Source: a virus
Direction: 5' to 3' (one strand)
Length of the DNA stretch: 64,000 nt
IMG/VR virus record: IMGVR_UViG_3300020048_000056
Location: 1 to 64,000 of that record
The notes beneath the pieces are model-generated. The model was not told where the DNA came from. It saw only the letters and a list, made by a program, of their open reading frames with translations, and searched no databases. This document shows positions 1-9,419 of this stretch, in pieces. The position numbers were made by a program, and so were the translations under genes. How positions within the stretch are numbered: the stretch's first letter is position 1; each line of letters starts with the position of its first letter.

Positions 1-57
1 AGGAGACTGTAAATCTCTCGCGGTATCGCATGGTAGGTTCGATTCCTACATCAGGCA
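1..57 (+). tRNA. tRNA-Tyr(GTA), 5' truncated by window edge
   Basis: Anticodon arm ggaga-ctGTAaa-tctct, long variable arm, T arm gtagg-ttcgatt-cctac, acceptor 3' half atcaggc-a. Confidence 0.88.
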
Positions 58-212
58 CAGACTAAGAACATCTTCTTATATATCAACATAGACGAAGATT
101 ATATTAGTTGTAAAAAGGAAGATACGTGGAGGGCTACTCCTATTGGGCGCGCAACGTAAGGCATTGTTGATAATGGCCTTTAACGAGTGATAGGCACAAA
201 TCTTCTGACCAC

Positions 213-241
213 TTGACACATAAATAAATAAAGCGTATACT
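213..241 (+). promoter_or_regulatory. sigma70/SigA-type promoter
   Basis: TTGACA-17 nt-TATACT. Confidence 0.75.
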
Positions 242-280
242 ATACAAACAATGCAAAATAATTCAACTGGAGATGATGAC

Positions 281-544
281 ATGGGTAACCCAATTACGGC
301 TGAACTATTTTCTGAAGAAACTTTTATTGATGAAAAGACTGATGGACTAAATGGTCATGATCGTTGTGACTCTTGCGGGGCTCAGGCTTATGTTTGGGTC
401 AATGGGGTAAATGGAGACCTTCTTTTCTGCGGTCATCACTTCCATGTAAATGAAACCAAGTTGCGTGCATATGCATTTGAAATCATAGATGAACGTCATA
501 AGTTAGAAATCAAGCGCGAATCAAGCGCAGCAAATGTAGGATAG
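281..544 (+). CDS. small Cys/His (Zn-binding) protein of the actinobacterial DRCDxCGAQAY family (DUF7455-like)
   Basis: DRCDSCGAQAYV...LLFCGHH motif; GGAG before ATG 281 (ORF track starts 251). Confidence 0.75.
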   Translation: MGNPITAELFSEETFIDEKTDGLNGHDRCDSCGAQAYVWVNGVNGDLLFCGHHFHVNETKLRAYAFEIIDERHKLEIKRESSAANVG

Positions 545-556
545 TCCCTGCACAAC

Positions 557-628
557 GCCTCCTTAACTCAGTGGTAGAGTACCGCACTTGTAATGCGGCT
601 GTCATCCGTTCAAATCGGATAGGAGGCT
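557..628 (+). tRNA. tRNA-Thr(TGT)
   Basis: Acceptor gcctcct/aggaggc, anticodon loop ctTGTaa, T loop ttcaaat. Confidence 0.92.
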
Positions 629-637
629 CGTCAATAT

Positions 638-709
638 GGCCCCATCGTCTAATGGCTAGGATACTGCCCTTTCAAGGCGGTGAAGAGGGATCGAAACCCT
701 CTGGGGCTA
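638..709 (+). tRNA. tRNA-Glu(TTC)
   Basis: Acceptor ggcccca/tggggct, loop ctTTCaa, T loop atcgaaa. Confidence 0.9.
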
Positions 710-774
710 CAAAGGTAGTAAGGCCAAACCTTAAACTTGGTACTGCTACCCTACAAATCTATAGAAAGGGAATA

Positions 775-1287
775 GTGAACGTTACTGATGAGTTCAAGGG
801 TATGATGCTTGATGATATTAAATATCAGGTAGGACTAAAAAGAGCAGACTTTACATCAGTATTTATTAATCTTAGCCACGATTTTAATAAATCAGTCGGG
901 GTACGCAATCACAATGCTTTTGCTGGTAAGGATATTTGGTTTGTTGGCAGGAAGCAATGGGATAAGCGAGGATCAGTAGGAACGTATCACTATGAGGACA
1001 TTCATTATGCCAGTAATTGGGACAACTTTATTTTGCATAAGCCAGATGGACCACTCATCTGTGTGGACAATGTGGGCGACTTACGTCAAGTTTCTCTAGG
1101 ATCGTTTGACATGCCTGCTAATTCTATCTTTGTCTATGGAGAAGAAAAGACGGGAATCCCTCAAGAGATTCTAGATCAAGCAGACTATATACTTGACGTA
1201 CCCATGTGGGGTAGTGTAAGATCATTAAATGTAAGCGTAACGTCTGGAATAATTATGTATGAGTATCGCAGACAACATAGTCTATAA
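775..1287 (+). CDS. SpoU/TrmH-family RNA 2'-O-methyltransferase
   Basis: SPOUT motifs FVYGEEKTGI and VPMWGSVRSLNVS; GTG 775 after AAAGGGA; the ORF-track extension to 571 overlaps two tRNAs. Confidence 0.88.
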   Translation: MNVTDEFKGMMLDDIKYQVGLKRADFTSVFINLSHDFNKSVGVRNHNAFAGKDIWFVGRKQWDKRGSVGTYHYEDIHYASNWDNFILHKPDGPLICVDNVGDLRQVSLGSFDMPANSIFVYGEEKTGIPQEILDQADYILDVPMWGSVRSLNVSVTSGIIMYEYRRQHSL

Positions 1288-1295
1288 TTAAATAT

Positions 1296-1369
1296 TTCCC
1301 GTTCGTCTAATGGCAGGACGGTTGGCTTTGGACCAATTAATCGTAGTTCGAATCTACGACGGGAAGCCA
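1296..1369 (+). tRNA. tRNA-Gln(TTG) with encoded CCA
   Basis: Acceptor ttcccgt/acgggaa, loop ctTTGga, 3' gCCA. Confidence 0.92.
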
Positions 1370-1370
1370 G

Positions 1371-1442
1371 TGGAGTGTGGTGAAATGGTTATCACAAACG
1401 TCTGATACGCGCTTATTCCAAGTTCGAATCTTGGCATTCCAA
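1371..1442 (+). tRNA. tRNA-Ile(GAT)
   Basis: Acceptor tggagtg/cattcca, loop ctGATac, T arm ccaag-ttcgaat-cttgg; one mismatch in anticodon stem. Confidence 0.8.
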
Positions 1443-1453
1443 CGTAATATTAA

Positions 1454-1527
1454 GCCTCATTAACTCAGTTGGTCAGAGTAGCGGACTCTTAATCCGCGAG
1501 TCGTCAGTTCGAGTCTGACATGGGGCA
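1454..1527 (+). tRNA. tRNA-Lys(CTT)
   Basis: Acceptor gcctcat/atggggc, anticodon arm gcgga-ctCTTaa-tccgc. Confidence 0.92.
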
Positions 1528-1556
1528 CGCAAGATGTAGCACGCTATAATTACACA

Positions 1557-2315
1557 GTGATCGTAAGCCATTCAAAAAAAGCAATCTTTATCCATTTTGA
1601 AAAATGTGGAGGAACATCTGTAGAGAGTGCAATTCAACCATATCTAGATTTTAAAGATATTATTATTGGTAGCACAGAATATGGGGAAGCAACTCAGGAG
1701 TTTTTATTTCAGAGGTATGGAGTAAGTAAAGTAAAAAGAGATATGTTATGGAAGCATTCAACAGCAAGGCAAATTCATAAACATGTAGGGAAGAATGACT
1801 GGGATGAATATACAAAAGTTTCAGTAGTTAGAGATCCAGTACAACTTGCAAAGTCTCTTTTTTCTTTTTCCGAAAAGGTATTGTCTTATCATGCAAAAAT
1901 AGATTATGATTACTGGAATGAGTTGGTGCGTAAGGGAAACTTTCCAAGAACTTGGCCTTACGATGAGGGGTATATAAGATCATATATAACCTCTCATGTT
2001 TATCGAACTAAATTTCATGGTTTTGTAAGTAATATGATATTCAATGACTATGATTGCTTTTCACCCTTCACTGAAAGGCTTATGCCATCATTCTTTCAAA
2101 AAGACTTTGGTACTGTAATAGACTTGTCTCAACTGAATGATAGATGGAAGGACATATCAAAAATATTTGGGGCACAGGGATCAGAAATAGGAGGGCTGAA
2201 TGCTAGCAAAAGCCCCTCTATTAATGTTAAAGACGAAACAGTCGATATAATTAAAAAGAGGTTTGCTGTTGACTATGAAGTTCTACCCCAGTATACTGGT
2301 GTTAATTGGAACTAG
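1557..2315 (+). CDS. sulfotransferase-family protein
   Basis: 5'-PSB-like motif FIHFEKCGGTSVE, KH..A and VVRDP motifs; leaderless TATAAT-N6-GTG. Confidence 0.75.
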   Translation: MIVSHSKKAIFIHFEKCGGTSVESAIQPYLDFKDIIIGSTEYGEATQEFLFQRYGVSKVKRDMLWKHSTARQIHKHVGKNDWDEYTKVSVVRDPVQLAKSLFSFSEKVLSYHAKIDYDYWNELVRKGNFPRTWPYDEGYIRSYITSHVYRTKFHGFVSNMIFNDYDCFSPFTERLMPSFFQKDFGTVIDLSQLNDRWKDISKIFGAQGSEIGGLNASKSPSINVKDETVDIIKKRFAVDYEVLPQYTGVNWN

Positions 2316-2388
2316 CGAGTGTATCCCAGTGGCTAGAGGACGGCGACTCAAAATCGTTGTGTCGTGGGTTCGAATCCCACCACTCGTA
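2315..2388 (+). tRNA. tRNA-Leu(CAA), short variable loop
   Basis: Acceptor gcgagtg/cactcgt, loop ctCAAaa, T arm gtggg-ttcgaat-cccac. Confidence 0.85.
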
Positions 2389-2457
2389 CATAAATAAATA
2401 GTGTAGAATATACGAGGAATTAGACATTAATTCTAAATATATTGGGGGGTACAACAT

Positions 2458-2850
2458 ATGAAAAGAAAGACAAGAACTATGTTAGGTTTATCGGGGGCAG
2501 CAGTATCGTTTGCTCTTATGGCAGGAGTGGGAACAGCATTTGCAATCGATGCACTCGGTGTAACTGTTCCACTATTTCCTGCTATTGGTCAGTCAGAAGC
2601 AAAGGCTTGTGACAGTTCAGGAGTAACAACAACGTATACCTATGGCAATACAAGTAGTAAGGGGATCAAGGTTGCTACAGCAACAGTTAGCGGTATTGAT
2701 TCTCAGTGCAAGACAATTGTTCTGGAGTTTATGAAGGATGAGACTATAGTTAATAACTATACAACTCCAGTTGTTAGTGGTGCAGGAACAATGACCACAA
2801 ACATATTTACAGATCAGTTCGAAGATATTCGTGTATCATTACGACCATAA
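2458..2850 (+). CDS. secreted protein with signal peptide
   Basis: Basic N-terminus, hydrophobic stretch, AFA cleavage site; two Cys; beta-rich. Confidence 0.7.
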   Translation: MKRKTRTMLGLSGAAVSFALMAGVGTAFAIDALGVTVPLFPAIGQSEAKACDSSGVTTTYTYGNTSSKGIKVATATVSGIDSQCKTIVLEFMKDETIVNNYTTPVVSGAGTMTTNIFTDQFEDIRVSLRP

Positions 2851-2887
2851 GTAATATTACCTAAGCATGTAATCAAACTGCTTGTAA

Positions 2888-2959
2888 TGATCTGTAACTC
2901 AACGGCAGAGTGAGCGACTGTTAATCGCTAGGTTGGAGGTTCGAATCCTCCCAGATCAG
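2888..2959 (+). tRNA. tRNA-Asn(GTT)
   Basis: Acceptor tgatctg/cagatca, anticodon arm agcga-ctGTTaa-tcgct. Confidence 0.92.
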
Positions 2960-2983
2960 CAAAAAGTTTGATATAATTTTTCC

Positions 2984-3250
2984 ATGGATAATATTTGGAA
3001 AGGCATGTTTGACAGTTCAACACTTGCCAAAAGAGATTTAAGCGCCGCTGCTCGTAGAAGAGCAGCCTCAAGGGGGATCGCAATGCCAGACGGAAGTTTT
3101 CCAATTGGTAATCGTGATGACTTAATGAACGCAATTCGTTCAATCGGTAGAGCAGCAGACTATGACAAGGCAAAGCGACATATCATTGGTAGGGCTAGAG
3201 CCTTAGGAGCCATCAGTATGCTTCCAGAGGAATGGAAAGTCAAGTCCTAG
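2984..3250 (+). CDS. small protein with MPDGSFPI domain (also seen fused in phage head-maturation proteins)
   Basis: AMPDGSFPIGNRDDLMNAI...LPEEW motif; leaderless TATAAT-N6-ATG. Confidence 0.7.
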   Translation: MDNIWKGMFDSSTLAKRDLSAAARRRAASRGIAMPDGSFPIGNRDDLMNAIRSIGRAADYDKAKRHIIGRARALGAISMLPEEWKVKS

Positions 3251-3323
3251 GCATTGACAAACTGATAGCCTTTCCGTTATACTGATACAACGGAAACCGG
3301 AAATCCCCTAAGTTACGGAGATA

Positions 3324-3638
3324 GTGATGGCTGGTCCTAGAAGGAAAAAGGACGAAGGATTTATTGCTACACCAGATAGACAATTAGTTTCATCGTCTGG
3401 ATTCTGTATGACCAGTCATCACCATCAATGCAAATATGTATTTCTTTCTGGTAAGTGTGGTTGTGATTGTCATTTAGATCCTAACTTTGAGAGTGTAATC
3501 AAAGAAGATGTCCAAGTGACAGTAGAAATACCAGAAGAAGTGGTAGAAGTAGTCCAAACACAAAAAACACAAATAGTAAGAGAAGAAGTTGCGTTTATTG
3601 CGAATAGCGACGACCCTAGACCTTGGAGAAAAAAATGA
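3324..3638 (+). CDS. hypothetical protein, Cys/His cluster
   Basis: SGFCMT..H..C..CGCDCH motif; GGAG RBS; TTGACA-18-TATACT promoter at 3254-3283. Confidence 0.7.
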   Translation: MMAGPRRKKDEGFIATPDRQLVSSSGFCMTSHHHQCKYVFLSGKCGCDCHLDPNFESVIKEDVQVTVEIPEEVVEVVQTQKTQIVREEVAFIANSDDPRPWRKK

Positions 3639-4009
3639 GTAATCTTTATATGACGACAACAGAGTTTGCAGCACTTATTGTAAATGCTCTTGATGAACAG
3701 CATTACTTTAAGCGTAATACCCCCGCACATCCAGCAGATATTGCTGCTGCATTCTCAACCGTTGGAGACACAATTGGGTCTACTATGGAGTGGGCAATTG
3801 GGAAGGGGAATATAGATAAGAAGAAGGAGGCTATGATGGTTCCTACTACCCTCCAGAAGGTAACACCACCACGAGGAGGGCTAACTCAAAACTTTATCCT
3901 TCCACAGGACGAGGAGATTTCCCCAGTATCTATTCAGTCAAGTGAACCAATGACACCAGAAGAGTATCTGGGGTATTCAGAGCATAAGAATAAGAAGCGG
4001 AAGGGCTAA
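3635..4009 (+). CDS. hypothetical protein
   Basis: ATGA overlap with upstream stop. Confidence 0.65.
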   Translation: MSNLYMTTTEFAALIVNALDEQHYFKRNTPAHPADIAAAFSTVGDTIGSTMEWAIGKGNIDKKKEAMMVPTTLQKVTPPRGGLTQNFILPQDEEISPVSIQSSEPMTPEEYLGYSEHKNKKRKG

Positions 4010-4014
4010 TCAGA

Positions 4015-4311
4015 ATGCTTAGAGTAACTATCGAACTTGTACCATTTGGCAATGAGGAAGACGCTCAGAAGATTGCCACAATGCTTATCGCCAATGATAA
4101 TACTGGAACCATTAAGCATGGTAACTATGCTTATGCTTATGATTACTCTGATCGACCAGACCTTCCAGAATCTGGGGTAGTCACACGATACTCCAGAGCA
4201 GATGGTGCATGGCTACTTGTTAAGAAGATTCTTAATGATAGGTTCTCTGCTAACAATGACCTTGCTGATCGTCTGGTAAGAATGCTAGAAGATTATGAGG
4301 AAGAGTATTAA
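4015..4311 (+). CDS. hypothetical protein
   Basis: Tightly packed operonic ORF. Confidence 0.7.
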   Translation: MLRVTIELVPFGNEEDAQKIATMLIANDNTGTIKHGNYAYAYDYSDRPDLPESGVVTRYSRADGAWLLVKKILNDRFSANNDLADRLVRMLEDYEEEY

Positions 4312-4490
4312 TGCCAACCTATTGCTATTCCTGTCCACAATGCGGTACATTTGATCATACACAGTCCATCCATGATGAATCAATAACCAGTTGCCCTAAA
4401 TGTAGTTCAACGGTGCAGAAAGTATTTGTTGCAGCAGGATTACAGTTTAAGGGCTCAGGGTTTTACTCAACTGATAATAAGGGGAAGTAA
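4311..4490 (+). CDS. FmdB-family zinc-ribbon protein (not in ORF track)
   Basis: MPTYCYSCPQCG...CPKCS...FKGSGFYSTD signature. Confidence 0.88.
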   Translation: MPTYCYSCPQCGTFDHTQSIHDESITSCPKCSSTVQKVFVAAGLQFKGSGFYSTDNKGK

Positions 4491-4795
4491 TGGAAAAAGT
4501 ACAGTTAGAGAATTCAGACGTTATCATTCTGGGGCATCCAGATTATGCATGTAAGGGAGAATTCTGTACCCTTCATAATCGCTCAGACCACTCTATGCGT
4601 TCTTTTCCTCAGCATTGGAGAAAAGATCGTGCAATCATGGAGCGTATATGCCCTCATGGTGTGGGTCATCCTGATCCTGATGAGTATAAACTCAGGGGGA
4701 AGGGTGGCTGGGCAGAAGCGGTACATGGATGTGACGGATGCTGTATAGTACAGACAGAAAACTTATTTGAAAGGGACAACGACTGCAATGGCTAA
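4490..4795 (+). CDS. hypothetical Cys/His-rich phage protein
   Basis: MERICPHGVGHPDP...HGCDGCC; TAATG coupling. Confidence 0.7.
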   Translation: MEKVQLENSDVIILGHPDYACKGEFCTLHNRSDHSMRSFPQHWRKDRAIMERICPHGVGHPDPDEYKLRGKGGWAEAVHGCDGCCIVQTENLFERDNDCNG

Positions 4796-5131
4796 TCCAA
4801 ATGAAGTACAGTTTGAAAGATATTGGAGAGAAACCATCTCTAAAGAAATAATGACATATCAGTATGGTCGTAATAAAGAGTTCGACCGTGATGACTTTCT
4901 ATTAATGTCAGATATTCTTAAATGTATAGAATATACAAATGATTAGTTGGACAGATATGGTTGATCCCGTATACACTCTAGCGCTTCTTGCTGGAGTAGA
5001 TCCAGAACTAAATAGCATTATTAGTATCTTTATTCAAGATAGCCGACTGATTGTTCGATATACGGATGAAAATGGTAAATCTGACTTCTCATCGGTTGAG
5101 TATAATCTAAAATAGTGATACAATATGGTCT

Positions 5132-5416
5132 ATGGCCATTAAACAGAGCATCCACACGCTTTCTAGTTCTCAATCAATTTTAATTAGCCCCAAGGGAGTA
5201 CATGCTGGGGTAGACATTACAATTCAGAATCTATCCTCAACTGGCTTTATATTCATTGGCAATACAGAGACCACCTTGACAAACTTTGGATACAGAATTA
5301 GTCCTGGTTCTGCTTGGTCAGTAGAACTAAGTGGGAAAGATTATATATACGCAACCACTGATGCAGATGGAACAGTTGCAGCAGTATTTATGCTTAACTT
5401 GGAAAGTGGAAATTAG
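5132..5416 (+). CDS. hypothetical protein, possible small virion protein
   Basis: Beta-rich; TGATACAAT 7 nt upstream of ATG. Confidence 0.65.
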   Translation: MAIKQSIHTLSSSQSILISPKGVHAGVDITIQNLSSTGFIFIGNTETTLTNFGYRISPGSAWSVELSGKDYIYATTDADGTVAAVFMLNLESGN

Positions 5417-6648
5417 TGGCAAGATTTGAAAGCGTAACTGCTTCAGAAATACTTGTAGGGGATATTGTAATTTCAGCAAGAAGTAAGGAATCTGACCCAC
5501 AATGGCTTCCTACTGATGGTGGAATTTACCTTCAAGATGACTACCCCGAATTATTCTCAATACTTGGATTACCCAACTATGCCCCCAATACTAAACTTGC
5601 CACTCCTAGTTCTATTCCCCCTGGTGCTGCTAGTGGTGGAGCAATGTCTGCCAATGGAATGTATTTTGCAGTAGGAACAGGCGCACCACCATTTGTAACT
5701 ATTTATAAGCAGTCTGGTGGAACATATCTAGCCCTTCCTGCACCAACAACGTTGCCTCCTGGGGCTGCTAGTGGATGTTCAATGACAGAAGATGGTATTT
5801 ATTTAAGCGTTACCACAGGAGCACCAAATTATGTAACTAATTACAAGAGGACAGGAGACACCTTCACGGCTCTCTCCTCTCCCGCAGTACTTCCACCAGC
5901 AGCAGGATCTGCAAGTGGGTATTCAAGAGATGGTGCATATATGGCAGTAACCTATGGCGCTCCACCATTCGTAACAATATATAACCGTATTGGAGATACA
6001 TATACTGCCATGACTACTCCAGCCTCCCCACCACCAGGAGCCGCATCAGGCGTTACTTTTAGCGGTGACGGTACATACATGATCGTTCTTTATGGTCCAC
6101 CACCATACTTTACCATTTACAAGAAGTCTGGATCTACCTATGTTGCTTTGCCCCCTGTAGCGGTTGCGCCACTCGGTGCCCCATCTGGTGCATCCTTTAC
6201 TGCTGATGGAAGGTATTTGGCTGTAAGTCATGGGGGTGCTCCATTCCTTACTCTTTACCGTAGAAGTGGAGATACGTTCAATAAGATTGATAATCCTGAT
6301 GAAATGCCATCAGCGGCAATTGCTAGTGTGCAATTCACTGCTAGTGGAGAATTCATGGGAATCATCTTTGGTGGCCCACCCTTTATCTATATATATAGAA
6401 ATATTGGTGGAGATTTCTTTAAACAGGCTCCCTTGGCTAGTCCTCCTATTGGGGCTGCTACATCTTTTGCTTTAGCAGGAGATGGAAAGTTTATGGGGCT
6501 AGTAGAGGCACCTCCACCATTCATGAGTACTTATAAATCAGTAGAGCCTTTTGATATTAATACAGAATTCATTGTTCCTAAATTGATTGAGCCAAATCAT
6601 GCAGGCTCAACAGTTCCTGCATCTACATTTATTAAGGCTATATCATGA
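5416..6648 (+). CDS. tail-collar-like N-terminus plus 7-repeat beta-propeller
   Basis: WLPTDG..Y...YPELFSILG collar motif; about seven 44-aa repeats PPGAASG.SFS.DG.YLAV..GAPPF.TIYKRSGDT. Confidence 0.7.
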   Translation: MARFESVTASEILVGDIVISARSKESDPQWLPTDGGIYLQDDYPELFSILGLPNYAPNTKLATPSSIPPGAASGGAMSANGMYFAVGTGAPPFVTIYKQSGGTYLALPAPTTLPPGAASGCSMTEDGIYLSVTTGAPNYVTNYKRTGDTFTALSSPAVLPPAAGSASGYSRDGAYMAVTYGAPPFVTIYNRIGDTYTAMTTPASPPPGAASGVTFSGDGTYMIVLYGPPPYFTIYKKSGSTYVALPPVAVAPLGAPSGASFTADGRYLAVSHGGAPFLTLYRRSGDTFNKIDNPDEMPSAAIASVQFTASGEFMGIIFGGPPFIYIYRNIGGDFFKQAPLASPPIGAATSFALAGDGKFMGLVEAPPPFMSTYKSVEPFDINTEFIVPKLIEPNHAGSTVPASTFIKAIS

Positions 6649-6935
6649 TAATTTATCACATTGGAGAAGATGGATATTGGAATGGTGAGATTCGTCATTT
6701 AGATAGTAAGGGTGGCGCTCCTAGTGGATGGACCCGTACAACACCTCCTGAATGTGCTGATGGAACTTATCCAAGGTGGCTGGGTGGATGGATATGCTCA
6801 TTAATAGATCCTGAGGTTAACATTGATGCCCACACTACTTGGTTGGCCGAGCGTTCTATTGAAAGAGAAGCGGTCTTAATAAAATTAGGAATTACAAATG
6901 ATGAAGCAGCAATCCTTTTACGAGGCCAAGAATGA
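6645..6935 (+). CDS. probable tail-fibre assembly/chaperone-like protein
   Basis: Coupled to fibre-like gene; P.GWT..PP motif and C-terminal KLGIT.DEA motif shared with 33685..33912. Confidence 0.5.
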   Translation: MIIYHIGEDGYWNGEIRHLDSKGGAPSGWTRTTPPECADGTYPRWLGGWICSLIDPEVNIDAHTTWLAERSIEREAVLIKLGITNDEAAILLRGQE

Positions 6936-6992
6936 AACAATGTATAATTAAATAGTATAGTTAGGAAATAATTTATAAGAGGGGGGTATGAT

Positions 6993-7904
6993 ATGGCAAG
7001 GTTTTATAATTTAGAAACGGGTTCAGCAGGACCAGTAGGTCCACAAGGTATTCAGGGTATACAAGGACCACAAGGGAATGATGGTCCACAAGGCGTTCAG
7101 GGTGAACAGGGCGCAGCACTAACCATACAAGGATCTTATCCAGATCATGCCTCATTTGATGCCGCCGCATTAGTCGGAAATCCAGGAGATGCTTGGATTA
7201 TTCTTTCTGATGGCTCTCTCATGGTATGGAATACAGGAACCTCTGTATGGGATGATGCTGGAGATCTTCTAGGGCCACAGGGTATTCAGGGTGAGCAGGG
7301 AATACAAGGTGAGCAAGGGCTTAAGGGTGATCAAGGAATTCAAGGTACACAGGGAATTCAAGGGGTGCAAGGAGAAAAGGGTGACAAGGGAGAACAAGGA
7401 GAGGCTGGAACAGTTCCTCCAAACGTTATCTCAACTACTCCATCAGGATATTATGGAACATTTCTTAGCACTGTTCCTCAAATTGCCGAACTTATAAATA
7501 CTGCATACCCTGTCACACTAAATGTAGTACCATCAATTTATGGGGTAACCATTGTTAATAACTCACAAATTACTATAGAACATGCTGGGGTTTATAACTT
7601 ACAGTTCTCTGCTCAGATGCATAATAATTCTGGTGGTGGACAAGGACAAACCATTACAGTGTGGTTAAATAAAAATGGTACTCCTGTTCCAGATTCTGCA
7701 ACAAGAGTTTCTATTTCAAATAGTAGTCCTTACGTTGTTGCAGCATGGAACTTCCTTGATAGAATAGAAGTTGGTGGACAGAATCTTCAGTTGATGTGGG
7801 CTACAGATAACACTCATATAACAATGCAAACATATCCTGCCAACGGAATATACCCAGCCGTACCCTCTGTTATTCTTACTCTAATTCAAGTGGCTTCACT
7901 ATAA
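6993..7904 (+). CDS. collagen-like protein with C-terminal C1q/BclA-like beta domain
   Basis: Two Gly-X-Y tracts; [10 protein letters not shown] beta-sandwich motif. Confidence 0.8.
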   Translation: MARFYNLETGSAGPVGPQGIQGIQGPQGNDGPQGVQGEQGAALTIQGSYPDHASFDAAALVGNPGDAWIILSDGSLMVWNTGTSVWDDAGDLLGPQGIQGEQGIQGEQGLKGDQGIQGTQGIQGVQGEKGDKGEQGEAGTVPPNVISTTPSGYYGTFLSTVPQIAELINTAYPVTLNVVPSIYGVTIVNNSQITIEHAGVYNLQFSAQMHNNSGGGQGQTITVWLNKNGTPVPDSATRVSISNSSPYVVAAWNFLDRIEVGGQNLQLMWATDNTHITMQTYPANGIYPAVPSVILTLIQVASL

Positions 7905-7911
7905 TTACCCC

Positions 7912-7940
7912 TTGACAATATGAAACCCTTTCCCTATAAT
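7912..7940 (+). promoter_or_regulatory. SigA-type promoter
   Basis: TTGACA-17-TATAAT (perfect consensus). Confidence 0.85.
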
Positions 7941-7978
7941 TGAGGTAAGGGAAAATAACACCAACATTTGGAGATAAA

Positions 7979-8182
7979 ATGGGTAAGATGAAGGATCAGA
8001 CGATTCGTGATGAGTCAGAGATGTTTGAAAGTCTTGTTAGAGCAGCACAGGAACTGCGTAGTGACACCTTTCCTGAGAATCCTGAAGAGTTTGATGTTCA
8101 TGTAGACATGGACAATCTTTTTCATATGTTTATTAAGGGTGCATGGGCAAGCACGGGTGTTAAATTTACCCCGATTGATTAA
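7979..8182 (+). CDS. hypothetical protein
   Basis: GGAG RBS, downstream of consensus promoter. Confidence 0.65.
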   Translation: MGKMKDQTIRDESEMFESLVRAAQELRSDTFPENPEEFDVHVDMDNLFHMFIKGAWASTGVKFTPID

Positions 8183-8453
8183 TAACTGTAAACAAAACTT
8201 TTAATTAAGGAGCAACATGCATATTTGCATGGACGAAATTAATCTATTTATTGCAGGAATACGGGAAATTATGTTTATGATCCCAATTGTTAGGATTAAG
8301 ATAGGACTTTAGTCCCACATTGAAATGAAATTGACCAGTCATTGTACAGATATAACTGGGTATACCCCCAAAAATAATAAAAATATATAAAAAGATTTGA
8401 TACAATTATTAATGTGTTATTCAACACAGTAATAAATCTCTGAGGGGGGACAA

Positions 8454-9311
8454 ATGAAAAAGTATAAAATAGTTGCACCTATAGTTACTGTAATTCTGGG
8501 TGCAGCATTAATGATCGGGGGATCTGTAGTTCCAGCAAGTGCAGATGGAGGAGATGACTGTAGGAATCAGTCAATTCGGGGTGAAAACTCTTGCCCAAAA
8601 CCAACACATACTCCATCATCATCTGATTTAGGTGGATCTACGCTAACTGCTGGAGATTATGAGTTTGGGTCTGCAATTAGAGTAACAAGTTCTATGTATT
8701 TTGATGCAGAAGGAGATTGTAATGCAGTCTTTGTTATTCACGGCAACGCTGCAATGAATACTACGGCTGGGATTACTATGCACCTTCTTAATGGTTCTAA
8801 GGCTAGAAATATCTATTGGAATATAGATGCAGCAATTACTGCTGGAGCCCGTTCCCATCTTGTGGGCATATTCAATTCTAATGCTGCAATAACCATTGGA
8901 GCATCATCTTATGTTGACGGCTCTCTGACTGCTAGAACTACTGTGAGTCTTGGAGATGATGTAGTGGTTGTTGCTCCCGACACAACACCTTGTCCTACAC
9001 CTACGCCCACGGGAACTCCAACACCTACTGTTAGCCCCACTGTAAGTCCAACTCCAACTATAACTCCAACAGCAAGCCCTACAGCAACACCTTCACCAAC
9101 TGTAACACCAACACCTACTGTTAGTCCAACACCAACACCAAGTCCTACATATGTATGGGTCGCTAATATGAATGGTGACTGGCTACAACAGTTTGGTAGG
9201 AAGATAGATGATAAGTGTCCTGCTGGATGGGGTCCATCTTGGGCTGAATGGCCTAATGAGCATACAGGTGGATACGTTTGTACCAGAACCATTCCAAGGT
9301 ACGGACATTAA
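8454..9311 (+). CDS. secreted ice-binding-like protein (DUF3494 beta-solenoid) with Pro/Thr linker and Trp-rich C-terminal domain
   Basis: Signal peptide; [41 protein letters not shown] matches the DUF3494 pattern; (PT)n linker. Confidence 0.8.
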   Translation: MKKYKIVAPIVTVILGAALMIGGSVVPASADGGDDCRNQSIRGENSCPKPTHTPSSSDLGGSTLTAGDYEFGSAIRVTSSMYFDAEGDCNAVFVIHGNAAMNTTAGITMHLLNGSKARNIYWNIDAAITAGARSHLVGIFNSNAAITIGASSYVDGSLTARTTVSLGDDVVVVAPDTTPCPTPTPTGTPTPTVSPTVSPTPTITPTASPTATPSPTVTPTPTVSPTPTPSPTYVWVANMNGDWLQQFGRKIDDKCPAGWGPSWAEWPNEHTGGYVCTRTIPRYGH

Positions 9312-9419
9312 ATAAAATGTTATCAGATGCAAATGCTGACACGCTATGTGCAGTAATGAGCATACTAATATGGACAGTTGTTGTTATAATTTTATTCAAA
9401 TAGTAAAAATATTTTGTAG

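Noticed and set aside
571-774. N-terminal extension of the methyltransferase ORF
   Set aside because: Overlaps tRNA-Thr and tRNA-Glu; the real start is most likely GTG 775.
1-2959. Theta/HDV-like ribozymes after tRNAs
   Set aside because: I could not build the nested double-pseudoknot with catalytic C at any tRNA 3' end by eye.
8909-9292. Minus-strand Val/Gly-rich ORF
   Set aside because: Antisense shadow of the Pro/Thr linker.
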